DNA of 64,000 nucleotides from Minisyncoccota bacterium. GTDB taxonomy: Bacteria; Patescibacteriota; Minisyncoccia; Phycocordibacterales; UBA2100. Position numbers and translations under genes: made by a program. The stretch covers positions 66,845 to 130,844 of the forward strand of contig JAYWCB010000010.1 of the NCBI GenBank assembly GCA_043780835.1. Reading direction: 5' to 3'. Positions 47,510 through 57,997 of the stretch are shown here, one piece after another; within the stretch, counting starts at the first letter, position 1, and the number at the start of each line of letters is the position of its first letter. A model generated the notes under the pieces. That model was not told where the DNA came from. It searched no databases and saw nothing but the letters and a program-made list of their open reading frames with translations.

Positions 47510-49870
47510 CTATGCGTGCTCACCCCCGGCCGAGGGATTTTTTTCTTCATTCTTTTCTATCTTCTCCAGCCGGTCGAGCAGTCGTTTCGAATTCGACGTG
47601 CTTTTATATGTTTCGTCCATATGGTGCTGGATGATGTGCTCCGCTTCATGGCCACCACCGCGCAGATTTACATCGCGTTGAACAACTTGTTGAATTCCTT
47701 CCTTTACGCCTTTTTCTGCCTCATCAAGGCGCTCCCTGTATTTTTTATTCACATCAGCGTCTCGCGGTTTTGCTTCTGCGATAGCTTTTTTGTTATTGCT
47801 TACGATTGCTGCCTGCTCTGCCTCTTCTGTACGGTTTAAAATTTCCTGTGCCGCTTTTTGCTGTCGTTTTGTCAGCGCAGCACGAGGTGCCTTTATTTCG
47901 GAGGTTATCTCGTCCACTTTTGCTCGGGCCGCTGTAATGTTTGCGGCTTGTTTCTGAAGTTCTTCAGCGTGCTCCGCTTTGCGAGTTGCGACGGCTCGAA
48001 GTTGATTATCTTTGTCTGCGCCATTTGCCTGTTGCGCCTTTTGCATCATGATGTTGATTTCTGCGCCATGGCTCGCTTCCATTTGCGTCTTACGAGTATC
48101 GTGAATCTCGACTTCTCGCTGCGCAGCATCTAGTGCAGGCGCCTTTTCAATAGAATTTTGAACAACTTGCTTGTCCGCTGCAGCGTTGAGTGTCGGATCA
48201 TCTGCCGCCGCCTTTTCCTTATGCGCTTGTTCGAGCGCAGTTTTGGCAACCTCGAGACCCTTCGCTGCATTTTCAGCGTTTTTATTGTTGGTGGCTTGTA
48301 TTTCGTCTGACGCTTTTTTACGAATGGCATCTTTATCGCTCTGCGTGAGTAGAATCGCCTTCGCCTTCTGCTCCAAATTCTTTGCGCGCTCTTCTGCTGA
48401 CCCAGCAAAGCTCGATTTCTTTTCACCAGCAAGCACACCAGCTAGTCCAGCGGAGCCGGCAGCTGCCTTGCCAAGGTTCGTGTTGAGCGGATTGAAGCTT
48501 GCGTGCGCTCCCTTATCGGCTATCGATTTCAATTTGCGCAAACGCTCCACTTTGTCCCAATCTTTCGGATCTTGCGTTTGAATTGCACGCAGTTTCGCCG
48601 TTTGCATACGTTTGTTTGTCGCATCAGACGCGGCTTGTGATGCGCGACCTATTGAAAGCTGTGCAAGCCGTGCCGCCCCACGTGTGCCGAATGCGAGCGG
48701 GATACCTGCAGCCATTTGACCGATCTTTACGCCGCTGATCGATCCGGCCAGCGAGCTTGAGAGGCGGATCGAAGTAAACAACAGTCCGGTGCCGAGGATA
48801 TAGGCAAAGATGATGTGCCATCCATCTGCGAGCACTTGTTTCATCGGGTCGTTATCAAACGCACCCAGAGTGTTCCCCGGTCCGATTGATCCGGCAGACG
48901 ATTGCATGATGAGAATGGACACCGAGAGAAACATCATAAACAACGGCGCAAATGCCGCGTTATTAATGAGCGCTTTCCACCAATTACCCCAACCGAACTG
49001 GCTCGCTTCAAAATGCGGAGACAGATACGTGGCATATGCGAGTGGCGCAGTGAGCATAAGTAAAATAAACATAATGGCGCGCGCAATAATAAGAAACGCA
49101 CCGTACAGTATAACGACAGACAGAGTCGCAAGAATGAGGAACCCAAACAGACCGAATGCCAACGCCTTTAACGAGCCGCTAAATTCTGATTGGTTGTATA
49201 CGGCCTTTGCGAGATCGGATGTATCCCACGTACCCGATATGTGGAGCGGTTTGAGAATTTTTTCAGCAATGCTAAAGACCACCGGTCCGCCTGCCGCGGG
49301 TGCGGCGCCCGCGGTCTGTGAATAAATGGTATACGCTGCAAAATTTGACGCGTCGATTATAATTTTAGTGAACAATAAACTGAAATTCAGCAAGACTGCA
49401 ATGATGAGTACGCGTGCGATGAGTTTTTTCTGTCCGTATTCCGTCAGTCCGAGAATGAGACTAATGGCAATGAATACGAAAATACCGATGATCAAGATAT
49501 TTGCGAGATCTCGGAAAAATGTCCACCCACCGTTGATGATCGGCATGAGGTGCATTTGTGTATCGAGCGTATCTTTGAAGTTGATGATGATGTGATTGAT
49601 TGCGAAATCAAACATGGCGCCCGAGAAGCGCAAGATTGATCCGCCGAGCTCGAGAAGCATAGAACTGCCCCATTTCGCGAGTGGTATGCCGATACATTGT
49701 GCAAAATCAAACGATACAATGGGGATACAAGCGCTTCCCCTCGATTGAATACTTTTGTCTGCGCTCGTCGCTGCAAGCGCAACAAACGGGACCGCGGCGC
49801 ATACGACCAGAAACAGTGCGAGTACCGCTCCTGCGATAGACCATCGATGAGTGCGAGGTGTCAGCATATT
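47510..49870 (-). CDS. VirB6/TrbL-like polytopic membrane protein with about 350-aa C-terminal coiled-coil extension
   Basis: N-terminal signal/TM and at least 6 TM segments (LANILIIGIFVFIAISLILGL, LIARVLIIAVLLNFSLLFTKIII, ...), then a K/E/A/Q-rich predicted coiled coil. Confidence 0.45.
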   Translation of the reverse strand, partial: NMLTPRTHRWSIAGAVLALFLVVCAAVPFVALAATSADKSIQSRGSACIPIVSFDFAQCIGIPLAKWGSSMLLELGGSILRFSGAMFDFAINHIIINFKDTLDTQMHLMPIINGGWTFFRDLANILIIGIFVFIAISLILGLTEYGQKKLIARVLIIAVLLNFSLLFTKIIIDASNFAAYTIYSQTAGAAPAAGGPVVFSIAEKILKPLHISGTWDTSDLAKAVYNQSEFSGSLKALAFGLFGFLILATLSVVILYGAFLIIARAIMFILLMLTAPLAYATYLSPHFEASQFGWGNWWKALINNAAFAPLFMMFLSVSILIMQSSAGSIGPGNTLGAFDNDPMKQVLADGWHIIFAYILGTGLLFTSIRLSSSLAGSISGVKIGQMAAGIPLAFGTRGAARLAQLSIGRASQAASDATNKRMQTAKLRAIQTQDPKDWDKVERLRKLKSIADKGAHASFNPLNTNLGKAAAGSAGLAGVLAGEKKSSFAGSAEERAKNLEQKAKAILLTQSDKDAIRKKASDEIQATNNKNAENAAKGLEVAKTALEQAHKEKAAADDPTLNAAADKQVVQNSIEKAPALDAAQREVEIHDTRKTQMEASHGAEINIMMQKAQQANGADKDNQLRAVATRKAEHAEELQKQAANITAARAKVDEITSEIKAPRAALTKRQQKAAQEILNRTEEAEQAAIVSNNKKAIAEAKPRDADVNKKYRERLDEAEKGVKEGIQQVVQRDVNLRGGGHEAEHIIQHHMDETYKSTSNSKRLLDRLEKIEKNEEKNPSAGGEHA

Positions 49871-51458
49871 ATGGTGTCGGGCACGTCCCGCTTCCGCTCC
49901 AACAGGCGGTCCATTTGTCTTTTGTTCCCTGACTGTCAGCACACCAGCCAACGGGAGCGTCAACGCTCTCCCAATTCTTAAATGTGTCGGTTATCAATTT
50001 GGACATTTGCTGCGCGATGACGGTTTGATTCGCCGATTCCGCATTTGTGGCGGTGACGTCATGTGGCGCAATCCCCGCGAGGCTCGCGAGCGCTTGCGTT
50101 TGTGCTGCCGCAGATCCGTTCGCCCGCAGATCCGTTATGAGTCCGTTGATCCGATTTTGAATCGGTGTTGAGCTATTCAGTCGAGTGATCGCGGCGTTAG
50201 AAAGCGCTTTGGTACCGGCATCAATCACTGTTTTTGCAAAGGGCGGCTTCGAAAACGTGAGCGTACCACCACTGGTGCCCGTGCAAGCCGTGCTCGTGAT
50301 GGTGCCCGCCTGACATACCGCATTTTGAATGGTAGTGAAACACTGTGTTTCTTTTGCGGTGAGCTGATTGTTGGTCGAAGTAAATAATTGAATGGTTTTG
50401 CCGACCTCGGACGCGTATTTTATCTCTTGTGTGAGTGCCGCCTGCAGGGCTGAAAGCACCACATTATTTGTCGCATCTACATAATCTCCACCGGTTTTTT
50501 GTACGACTTGTAGCATGTATGACGCCGCACCTTGCGTAAGGCCGGCCAGACCCTTGGAACTGCCCGTGAGTACCTGGTTTACAACACCCAAATAGAGCCC
50601 GTCGATCATTTCATTGATATCATCTGCTTGTTGCGCCTGCACATACGGTGATTCAACCGATTGCAATGCAACTGCCCCCACGATCCCGCCCGGCGTGTCG
50701 GTGTATCGGAAGCCATTTTCGTCGTAGTGGGCAACATCGTAAATACCGTTGCCCCAGCTCAACCGTTCTCTGTTCTTGTACAACTCGTATGCGCCTTGGT
50801 TTGTCAGTGCGTTATACCCGATATCGGCCGCAAAGAGCACGCTGCAGGAAGGATTATCTGCGACTGCGTTGAACCCGTCCCAATAATTGCCGACCGGGAC
50901 GCCGTTATACACCGCTTCAAGATCGCCACCATCATCGGCATACTTACATGCAAACGATCTTCGTGGATCGCTCGCGTTGATGTATCCGAGTGCAATTGCC
51001 TGTTTCACTTTTCCCTTGAGCACTGCATTGAATCCTGAAAGACTGTCATTATCTTCAAGGTAGCGAACCATTGTTTTTTCGCTCAGCTTCCATTCTTCTT
51101 GGCCGAGTTCACGGGACGGAAATCCGCCAAACGTAGGATTTCCGCTCCCGTCCGTACTCGAATTAAATCTCGAGAGCACTTTTTCATCAACGGTCGCGAG
51201 CGCGGCTTTACGCTTGCTCGTGACGATCTCCCTTAGCACGCACTCCTTATAGACGAGAATTCCTGTATTGAGCTCAACTGCATAGTCTGCCACCGGCACA
51301 TACGGTCCTCCGAGTGGCTGCGTTGATCCCGCGCTCGCGGTGGAGGCACCGTTTCTGCTGCAATTAAAAACCGTGCTATCAGCAACGTCTGAGAATGTTA
51401 CAAACGGTATCAAGCTGAGACAAGAAACGATGACCGTGATGAGCGCTGTACGTTTCAT
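49869..51458 (-). CDS. Large secreted protein (signal peptide), Gly/Ala/Thr-rich, Cys pairs; unknown
   Basis: MKRTALITVIVSCLSLIPFVTFSDVADS signal. Possible T4SS surface/adhesin component by position. Confidence 0.35.
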   Translation of the reverse strand: MKRTALITVIVSCLSLIPFVTFSDVADSTVFNCSRNGASTASAGSTQPLGGPYVPVADYAVELNTGILVYKECVLREIVTSKRKAALATVDEKVLSRFNSSTDGSGNPTFGGFPSRELGQEEWKLSEKTMVRYLEDNDSLSGFNAVLKGKVKQAIALGYINASDPRRSFACKYADDGGDLEAVYNGVPVGNYWDGFNAVADNPSCSVLFAADIGYNALTNQGAYELYKNRERLSWGNGIYDVAHYDENGFRYTDTPGGIVGAVALQSVESPYVQAQQADDINEMIDGLYLGVVNQVLTGSSKGLAGLTQGAASYMLQVVQKTGGDYVDATNNVVLSALQAALTQEIKYASEVGKTIQLFTSTNNQLTAKETQCFTTIQNAVCQAGTITSTACTGTSGGTLTFSKPPFAKTVIDAGTKALSNAAITRLNSSTPIQNRINGLITDLRANGSAAAQTQALASLAGIAPHDVTATNAESANQTVIAQQMSKLITDTFKNWESVDAPVGWCADSQGTKDKWTACWSGSGTCPTP

Positions 51459-52291
51459 ATCGATTTCTTTGCGAAGTAGGAGCGCAGAGCGTTGTATGCG
51501 TCATGGATTCCCTGCTCTTTTTCATTATAGGTACGCAGCAGTGCAACGGAAGCAAACGGATCGTCGGCGTGATCTGCAAGGCCATCAAGCACGGAGGAGA
51601 ACGCGCGCAACGAATTCAAAACCTCGCGGTGATAATTGACGGCGTCACTGGGAACCGTAAGTGAAGCACCGGCCTTCGCAGCGGCACGGTAGGAGTTGGC
51701 GGCATCTTTTAGTCGCACCAAATATTTTTTGTCGCTGGTTTCAACATATCGTCCGTATATTTCGTATTCAGCATTGGGAATAGATGAGATGGGCGCCAAT
51801 GCGGTGAGTAGATTGTCGCGGTAGGTACGTACACGTTCTGTTGAAACATCAGGATCGGTCTTGAAGTCTCCGTTCTTGAACATGTCGTAGGAAACCGCGG
51901 CCTTCAAATAGACTGCGATTTTTTCTGCGGCGGTGCGCAGATCGTCTTGCGTATAGGCGCCGTTTGCACGGATTGCAGAATACGATCCGAACAGTTCACC
52001 TTTGATCATGGGCCCGATCATTGCGAGGTGATCGGTTGATGTCGTAGCCGAAGAATCGGTAGATGTTGTTTTGCCGAGCAGCAGTAATGCCTGTTGCAGA
52101 TCCGGTGTTCCATCGGACAGATCTTTTTGTGACGGCGTGCTCGATGCGATAGCTGCAATGGGTGATGCCACAGGGGGGCGTATCAGCGCGATGATCCGTG
52201 CGACTGAAACGCCGCCGAGGAGCAATATAGAGAGTGTTGCAGTCACTGCAATAGAAGAAGAGCCGCCGAGAATCCCGCGTAATTTCTGCAC
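51455..52291 (-). CDS. Bitopic membrane protein (N-terminal TM plus about 230-aa extracytoplasmic domain)
   Basis: Topology resembles VirB8-like components; no sequence-level proof. Confidence 0.3.
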   Translation of the reverse strand: MQKLRGILGGSSSIAVTATLSILLLGGVSVARIIALIRPPVASPIAAIASSTPSQKDLSDGTPDLQQALLLLGKTTSTDSSATTSTDHLAMIGPMIKGELFGSYSAIRANGAYTQDDLRTAAEKIAVYLKAAVSYDMFKNGDFKTDPDVSTERVRTYRDNLLTALAPISSIPNAEYEIYGRYVETSDKKYLVRLKDAANSYRAAAKAGASLTVPSDAVNYHREVLNSLRAFSSVLDGLADHADDPFASVALLRTYNEKEQGIHDAYNALRSYFAKKSI

Positions 52292-52366
52292 ACTAAAAGT
52301 ATACCTCGCCGCACTACGCGTCGGTGGCGTACTTTCGGTAAGATATGGGATATCTGCAAGAGGCTA

Positions 52367-53242
52367 TCAGTTGTGACGAAAACTAAACACTGATCCTGCG
52401 TCCGTTTCTTCAAAGGCAACACCGGCGCTCGAAAAAAATGAGGCAAGAGACACAAGTGCGCGAGTATTGACGTCTGCTTTGTTGTTGTAAGCGGTAATCG
52501 CTGCAATAAATGCCTGATCATCCGTCGCATCGGGCACGTGAGCGAGCGCGGTCCCCAGATTTACGTATGACTCACCCAATGTTTTGTGCAGTGCGATCGC
52601 GCTGGGGAGCACATCATGAATGGCAAGAATACTCTCTCCAAGCGATTGATATCTAAGGCCGAGATCGCGTACCGCAGTACCCATCTGCTGATTTGCGCGG
52701 TGATTGATTTGGTCGGTCAGGGTTTGCGTCATATTTAGGTTAACGGCAGAAAATCCCTGCAGGCGCGATCCGATTGCGTTACCGTACGCAAATAATGCGA
52801 TTTGTTCAGGGGCTTTAGTTTTTTCAGCGGGCGCGCTCGTCTTTGGTGAGTACGAAAACGCACTCATCAGTTCCTCGTACGTTTTATTAGCCTGTTGGGC
52901 GGGGGTTGTTGCCGTATCGTGTCGCATTTGCGCAAGCAGCGCGTTGTAATCAAACGTGTCGTCGGATTGGCTTGGTTTTTTTGCAGTGGTCGTTGTTGCT
53001 CGCGGAGCCGGAATGGCGAGTGTATCGGGATCGGTTTGCGTGAGCACGTGTGCGTCGGAACGAGAACTTGTATCAGCCGCAACAGGTGTTTCGGTCGGCG
53101 CGACGTAGCCCCCCTCTGTTTGCCAGGAAACACTGGCACCGTTCGGCGCAACAGCGCTCTCACGTGCTACAAAATAAAATCCGACTGCTACCAGGATGAG
53201 CGCGGCGAGGAGTGTCAGGATAACCGGATGCCTGAAGTTCAT
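52367..53242 (-). CDS. Bitopic membrane protein (N-terminal TM), unknown
   Basis: Start MNFRHPVILTLLAALILVAVGFYF. Ser/Thr/Ala-rich extracytoplasmic part. Confidence 0.3.
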   Translation of the reverse strand: MNFRHPVILTLLAALILVAVGFYFVARESAVAPNGASVSWQTEGGYVAPTETPVAADTSSRSDAHVLTQTDPDTLAIPAPRATTTTAKKPSQSDDTFDYNALLAQMRHDTATTPAQQANKTYEELMSAFSYSPKTSAPAEKTKAPEQIALFAYGNAIGSRLQGFSAVNLNMTQTLTDQINHRANQQMGTAVRDLGLRYQSLGESILAIHDVLPSAIALHKTLGESYVNLGTALAHVPDATDDQAFIAAITAYNNKADVNTRALVSLASFFSSAGVAFEETDAGSVFSFRHN

Positions 53243-53291
53243 TATCAGAAGTATAGCGCACACACGTCCACTGATGTCGTATACTTCATGC

Positions 53292-53615
53292 ATGCGATCA
53301 ATTGCCGGTATGCTTGTGGGAATTTTTCTACTGACAGTTCCGACCGCTGTGTATGCACAGACAAACCCCTTCGGTGGTCCGATCACTCAGATTATCTTTT
53401 GCTACAACCAAGCTATCTGGACCACGATCGGCCCGCCCGTGGGAGGTATTTATATTTGGACACCCTCAACCGTAACGTATCCCTTCGGTCCGCCTGCGCA
53501 CACCGGCCAGTATTTGCTCGGACTCTACGGCGCTCCGTACTATTGTTTGGTTTCGATTGTACCGATTATCGTATACGCCGGCATTTCGATAACTATGATG
53601 GGCAGTTCTCAGTAA
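53292..53615 (+). CDS. Small secreted protein with C-terminal hydrophobic segment (pilin-like candidate)
   Basis: MRSIAGMLVGIFLLTVPTAVYA signal, Pro/Gly/Tyr-rich mature part, C-terminal YYCLVSIVPIIVYAGISITMMG. Divergent from the T4SS-like operon. Confidence 0.3.
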   Translation: MRSIAGMLVGIFLLTVPTAVYAQTNPFGGPITQIIFCYNQAIWTTIGPPVGGIYIWTPSTVTYPFGPPAHTGQYLLGLYGAPYYCLVSIVPIIVYAGISITMMGSSQ

Positions 53616-53775
53616 CAAAATCAGTGCCTGCGCACTGATCTTGTACGAGAACTGAGCCGCAGGTATATCGCGGCGATCACGCCGTGATTCCGAGGCGGGG
53701 TCGCGGAATTTTGTTTTCGTCGGAAAACAAAATATCTGTGACCAAGTTGGTCAGATTTCCCCCGAGGTTCAGCTG

Positions 53776-54552
53776 TTACTGTGTCAGCGCCCTCGTTATC
53801 CCCTTCCACTCCTCAACATGAATAGTTTCCGCGCGCGCTTTTTGCGGTATGCCCGAGCGCGCGAGCGCTGCAAGCGCCTTCTCCTTGCCGAAGGCAACCG
53901 CAAGATTATTTGAAACGAACTTCCGTCTGGATGCGAATCCTGCCCGTACCGCACGAAAGAAATCCGCTTCGCTGACATCGCCAAAAAAATCTTTTGACAC
54001 GTGTTCGATGACGAGTATCGCGGAGTCAACCTTCGGTGCCGGCGAGAAATGTTTTTTTGGAACCTTATCCGTGATGCGCGGCTTCCCGTACGCTTTCACC
54101 GAAAGGGATAGTATGCTTTCTGTCGCGCTCACGATGCGTTGTGCAACTTCTTTTTGTACAAGAAGCGCAAGCGCCCGCGGCTGCACGGTGGCCGTTAGAA
54201 ACTGGCGAATGATTTCACCCGTAATGTAGTACGGAATATTCGCCGCAACGATGTACGCCTCGAGTCCGAGAGATTCCGCGGTCACATTGCGCACGTCGTC
54301 TTCAACGAGGCGAAGTCTTCCCGAAGCGATGTGCTCCTGGAAAGTGGTGCGCAATTTTCCAACCAGCTCGGGATCTTTCTCGATCGCAACCACCGGACCG
54401 AGTGTAAGTAGTTCGCGCGTGAGCATACCCTTCCCGGGACCGATTTCCACATAGGTCTCGGTGCGCTCGAGCGGAATCGCATGCGCAAGTGCTCGCGCAG
54501 CCCATGAATGTATAAGAAAGTGTTGGCCCAATTTGGCTCCAGTGCGACTCAT
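53776..54552 (-). CDS. rsmA: 16S rRNA (adenine1518/1519-N6)-dimethyltransferase RsmA/KsgA
   Basis: KLGQHFLIHSWAARALA..., VEIGPGKGMLTREL SAM motif, NIPYYIT. Confidence 0.85.
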   Translation of the reverse strand: MSRTGAKLGQHFLIHSWAARALAHAIPLERTETYVEIGPGKGMLTRELLTLGPVVAIEKDPELVGKLRTTFQEHIASGRLRLVEDDVRNVTAESLGLEAYIVAANIPYYITGEIIRQFLTATVQPRALALLVQKEVAQRIVSATESILSLSVKAYGKPRITDKVPKKHFSPAPKVDSAILVIEHVSKDFFGDVSEADFFRAVRAGFASRRKFVSNNLAVAFGKEKALAALARSGIPQKARAETIHVEEWKGITRALTQ

Positions 54553-54555
54553 CTG

Positions 54556-56451
54556 TTAACGAATAACATCTTCATCGTCAAGAAGCGAGCGTTTTCGAAC
54601 AACGGGCGCAATGAGGCGAGCATCGATATCGTCGATGAATTCCGATGCAGCTGCGTACTCTCGCGAACCGTACTTCATGCGCTCACTCGCATACGATAAA
54701 TACAACCGTTGTCGTGCTCGCGTAAGCGCCACGTAAAAGAGACGACGTTCCTCTTCTTCATCACGACCGGCATCATTTTGTCGAATTGCGGGAAATAAGC
54801 CCTGTTCGAGTCCTGTTACAAACACCGCATCAAACTCCAATCCTTTCGATGCGTGGATGGTCATGAGGGAAACTTGCTCTTGTTTTTCTTCAAGCTCATC
54901 CTGATCGCTCTGTAAGGCAGCTTCTTCGAGCAGTTTTTCCATACCGGCGACCGGTTCTTCGTAGTCGTATTTGGTTGCAAAGTTCACTAGTTCGCGAACG
55001 TTTTCGAGACGCTCTCTGCCCTCTTCCGTTTTACCGAACACGGACTCCATGCCCGTGATTTCAAGTGCGAATCGAACAGTCTCTGATGGCGGCAATGTAT
55101 TAATTGCGTGAGTAATTTTCGCAATGAGCCCACGAAACGCTGTTACCTTTGCCCCGGTTGCGCCTACGAGTTCTGCGTCTTTTCCATCAAGCATCTTTTC
55201 AAGCGTGACCTTACCGATACCGCGCGGCGGAACGCCGACGATACGCATAAGATCGATGCGACTTTGCGGATTCATCGCCGCGCGCAGGTACGAAAGCATG
55301 TCTTTTACTTCTTTTCGTTCGAAAAACCGAGTGCCGAGCACGCGGTATGGTATCCCGTATCGCATCATTGCTTCTTCAAGCGTACGCGACATAAAATTCT
55401 CACGATAGAGTACGGCGATTTCGCTCGGTTTCATGCCTCCCTGTATTAAAAGAGCGGCTGATTGTGCTATAAACCACGCTTCATCGATTTCATTTTTGGC
55501 TCCGTACAGCGTGATAGGGTCTCCGATACCATTATCGGTATACAGCACCTTCGGTTTGCGATTTTTGTTTTTCTCTATAACAGCATTTGCGGCGGAGAGA
55601 ATGGTGCGGGTCGAACGATAGTTTTGTTCAAGCGTCACCAATTTCGCGCCGGGATACGTGAGCTCGAACTCCATGAGATGCGCAATATCCGCACCGCGCC
55701 AACTGTAAATATTTTGATCGATATCACCCACGACGCAGATGTTGCGCTTTTCTCCTGCAAGACGTCGTGCAATTTCGTACTGAGCTTTGTTGGTGTCTTG
55801 ATATTCATCAATAGTGATGTGCGACCAGCGGTTTTGCAGCAGCGCCTGCACGCGATCGGATTCTCGCAGTAAGGTGAGCGTGCGACACAGTAGGTCATCG
55901 AAATCAAGCGCACCCTCATCGCGGAGTGCTTTTTCGTATTGTTCCCATACCTGGGCTACGACTTGGTCGCGGTAGCTTTTTGTTTTACCCGCGTAATCGC
56001 GTTGCGCAACACCGTCACCTTTCTGACGAGAAATGGAGGAGAGAATGTTTCGCGGCGGCCACTGCTCAATTGAGAGTCGATCGAGCGCAGCTTTTACGCA
56101 GCGAGTACTGTCGTCGCGATCCCATATGGTAAAGCCTTTGGGGAGTGACGCGTCCTCGTGGAACTCACGCAAGAGCCGAACGCCAAGCGAATGGAACGTT
56201 GAAACGGTCGGCATTCCTCTGTTTTCAGGGATGAGTGCACGAATCCGATCGCGCATTTCTCCTGCTGCTTTATTGGTAAAGGTGACTGCGAGTATCTGTC
56301 GGGCCGGAACACCCGTTTCAATGAGATGGGCTATGCGATGCGTAATGGTTTTAGTTTTTCCCGCACCGGCACCCGCAATGATCAAAAGAGGGCCTTCGGT
56401 GTGTCCGGCGGCATCTTGCTGCCTTTCATTGAGCCCTTCAAAGTAATTCAC
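54556..56451 (-). CDS. UvrD/PcrA-family ATP-dependent DNA helicase
   Basis: LIIAGAGAGKTKTITHRIAHL Walker A, HITIDEYQDTN, VGDIDQNIYSWRGA, C-terminal VALTRARQRLYLS. Confidence 0.85.
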   Translation of the reverse strand: MNYFEGLNERQQDAAGHTEGPLLIIAGAGAGKTKTITHRIAHLIETGVPARQILAVTFTNKAAGEMRDRIRALIPENRGMPTVSTFHSLGVRLLREFHEDASLPKGFTIWDRDDSTRCVKAALDRLSIEQWPPRNILSSISRQKGDGVAQRDYAGKTKSYRDQVVAQVWEQYEKALRDEGALDFDDLLCRTLTLLRESDRVQALLQNRWSHITIDEYQDTNKAQYEIARRLAGEKRNICVVGDIDQNIYSWRGADIAHLMEFELTYPGAKLVTLEQNYRSTRTILSAANAVIEKNKNRKPKVLYTDNGIGDPITLYGAKNEIDEAWFIAQSAALLIQGGMKPSEIAVLYRENFMSRTLEEAMMRYGIPYRVLGTRFFERKEVKDMLSYLRAAMNPQSRIDLMRIVGVPPRGIGKVTLEKMLDGKDAELVGATGAKVTAFRGLIAKITHAINTLPPSETVRFALEITGMESVFGKTEEGRERLENVRELVNFATKYDYEEPVAGMEKLLEEAALQSDQDELEEKQEQVSLMTIHASKGLEFDAVFVTGLEQGLFPAIRQNDAGRDEEEERRLFYVALTRARQRLYLSYASERMKYGSREYAAASEFIDDIDARLIAPVVRKRSLLDDEDVIR

Positions 56452-56790
56452 CGATGCACTATAGCATGGCTAGAAATCAGGGTTTTTCGGCAGTTTGGCG
56501 TATGGTCGCGCCTTCATGTTTTTATTGACAAATTCGCTATCCACCGCCAAGCCCGTTTATGAATTGACTATGAATGCCCAATTGGCTACCGTTAACAAGT
56601 CGATGGTCATCTGAAATTCGAAAAAAGGCAATTCCTCTAAATATCGAGGTTTTAAGCCACTTTTCAGCCTGACTGCCCACGCCATCGCAACACTTCGGCT
56701 TACAGCACTTCGCCTTCGGGATAGTTAGCGGACATACCGCATATCCGAGAAGGCACACATAAGTGAATCGGCCGACAACATTGACGTATT

Positions 56791-57903
56791 TTGGCTAAAA
56801 ATAAGGATTCTTCGTCAGCTTTGTCGAAGATGAAATATCGAAAATTGAAGCCCTTGCGAATGGCGGTCTCTTTGATTTCTTTACTGCTCATCGTGGGTAC
56901 TCTGCTTCCGGCGGTCGCGCGAGCAAGTATCATCTCGGATATCATCGGCGCTATCAACATTTCAATTCACGGCAACATCGCGGAAGCAGAAACGGTGACC
57001 GGCTCAGGGAACGTGCAGACAATGCAGCTGCCAAAAGCCGGGCTCAATGCGGGTCAAAATACGGGCGGCACCATTACTGTGGTAGATGATTCTGCGCTCG
57101 TTTCCGACGGTGGACCGGCGGGCACGGTGTACACACCAAAGAATTTGACCGTTTCAACCCATCTTGTGAAAGAGGGTGAGACCATCTCAGGAATTGCCGC
57201 ATCGTATGACGTGAGCCCGGATACGATTCGATGGGCGAACAATTTGTCGAAGACGTCGGTCCTTAAATCCGGTCAATCACTCACAATTTTGCCGGTGACG
57301 GGCACCAAACATACGGTCAAAAAAGGCGATACGCTCGCAGCGATCGCGAAGAAATACGACGGTGATGCAACGGAAATTGCAAGTTACAACGGCGTTGATG
57401 ACACGACGCTGGTCATTGGGTCAGAAGTCATTATTCCGAACGGTGAAATTCAAGCACCTCCGGCTGCGCCTGTTCAGGTTGTAAAGAAATCGAGCGGCAT
57501 TGTGAAGGTGCTTAGCACTACTATCACCAATACGATATCTGCAGGATATTATTCTGCGCCGCTCGCGCACTACATCAAAACACAGGGAATTCATGGCACC
57601 AATGGCGTCGATATCGTTTCTATGGACGGTGTCAACGGATCGATCCTGGCGGCAGCTGAGGGAGACGTGGTCGTTGCGATGGACGGCGGGTACAACGGCG
57701 GGTATGGTAGTTACGTCGTCATTCAACACGATAACGGTTCGCAAACTCTGTATTCGCACATGTCGAGTGTCAGTTCAACGGTTGGAGAACATGTGGTACG
57801 AGGGCAGGTCATCGGTTACCAAGGCCGAACAGGTAAGGTTACAGGACCGACCGGCTACCACCTCCATTTCGAGATTCGTAACGGCATCCGTAATCCGTTC
57901 TAA
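56791..57903 (+). CDS. LysM-domain peptidoglycan DD-metalloendopeptidase (M23 family)
   Basis: Two LysM repeats (HLVKEGETISGIAASYDVS..., HTVKKGDTLAAIAKKYDGD...) and M23 motifs HGTNGVDI...GYHLHFEI. Confidence 0.75.
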   Translation: MAKNKDSSSALSKMKYRKLKPLRMAVSLISLLLIVGTLLPAVARASIISDIIGAINISIHGNIAEAETVTGSGNVQTMQLPKAGLNAGQNTGGTITVVDDSALVSDGGPAGTVYTPKNLTVSTHLVKEGETISGIAASYDVSPDTIRWANNLSKTSVLKSGQSLTILPVTGTKHTVKKGDTLAAIAKKYDGDATEIASYNGVDDTTLVIGSEVIIPNGEIQAPPAAPVQVVKKSSGIVKVLSTTITNTISAGYYSAPLAHYIKTQGIHGTNGVDIVSMDGVNGSILAAAEGDVVVAMDGGYNGGYGSYVVIQHDNGSQTLYSHMSSVSSTVGEHVVRGQVIGYQGRTGKVTGPTGYHLHFEIRNGIRNPF

Positions 57904-57922
57904 AAAGAGATCGCTTCGCTAC

Positions 57923-57955
57923 AAAAAACGCGCTTGTGTAAGCGCGTTTTTTCGT
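57923..57955 (+). terminator. Rho-independent terminator
   Basis: aaaaaacgcgcttgtgtaagcgcgttttttcg. Confidence 0.55.
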
Positions 57956-57997
57956 GTTGAATCGCTCCAGAGATTCATTGAGGCAAGGAGATGCTCG

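Noticed and set aside
52895-53638. 247-aa plus-strand Cys/Arg-rich ORF
   Set aside because: Antisense to the 52367..53242 membrane protein gene. Only its 3' portion (53292..53615, with a clean signal peptide) was kept as a candidate gene.
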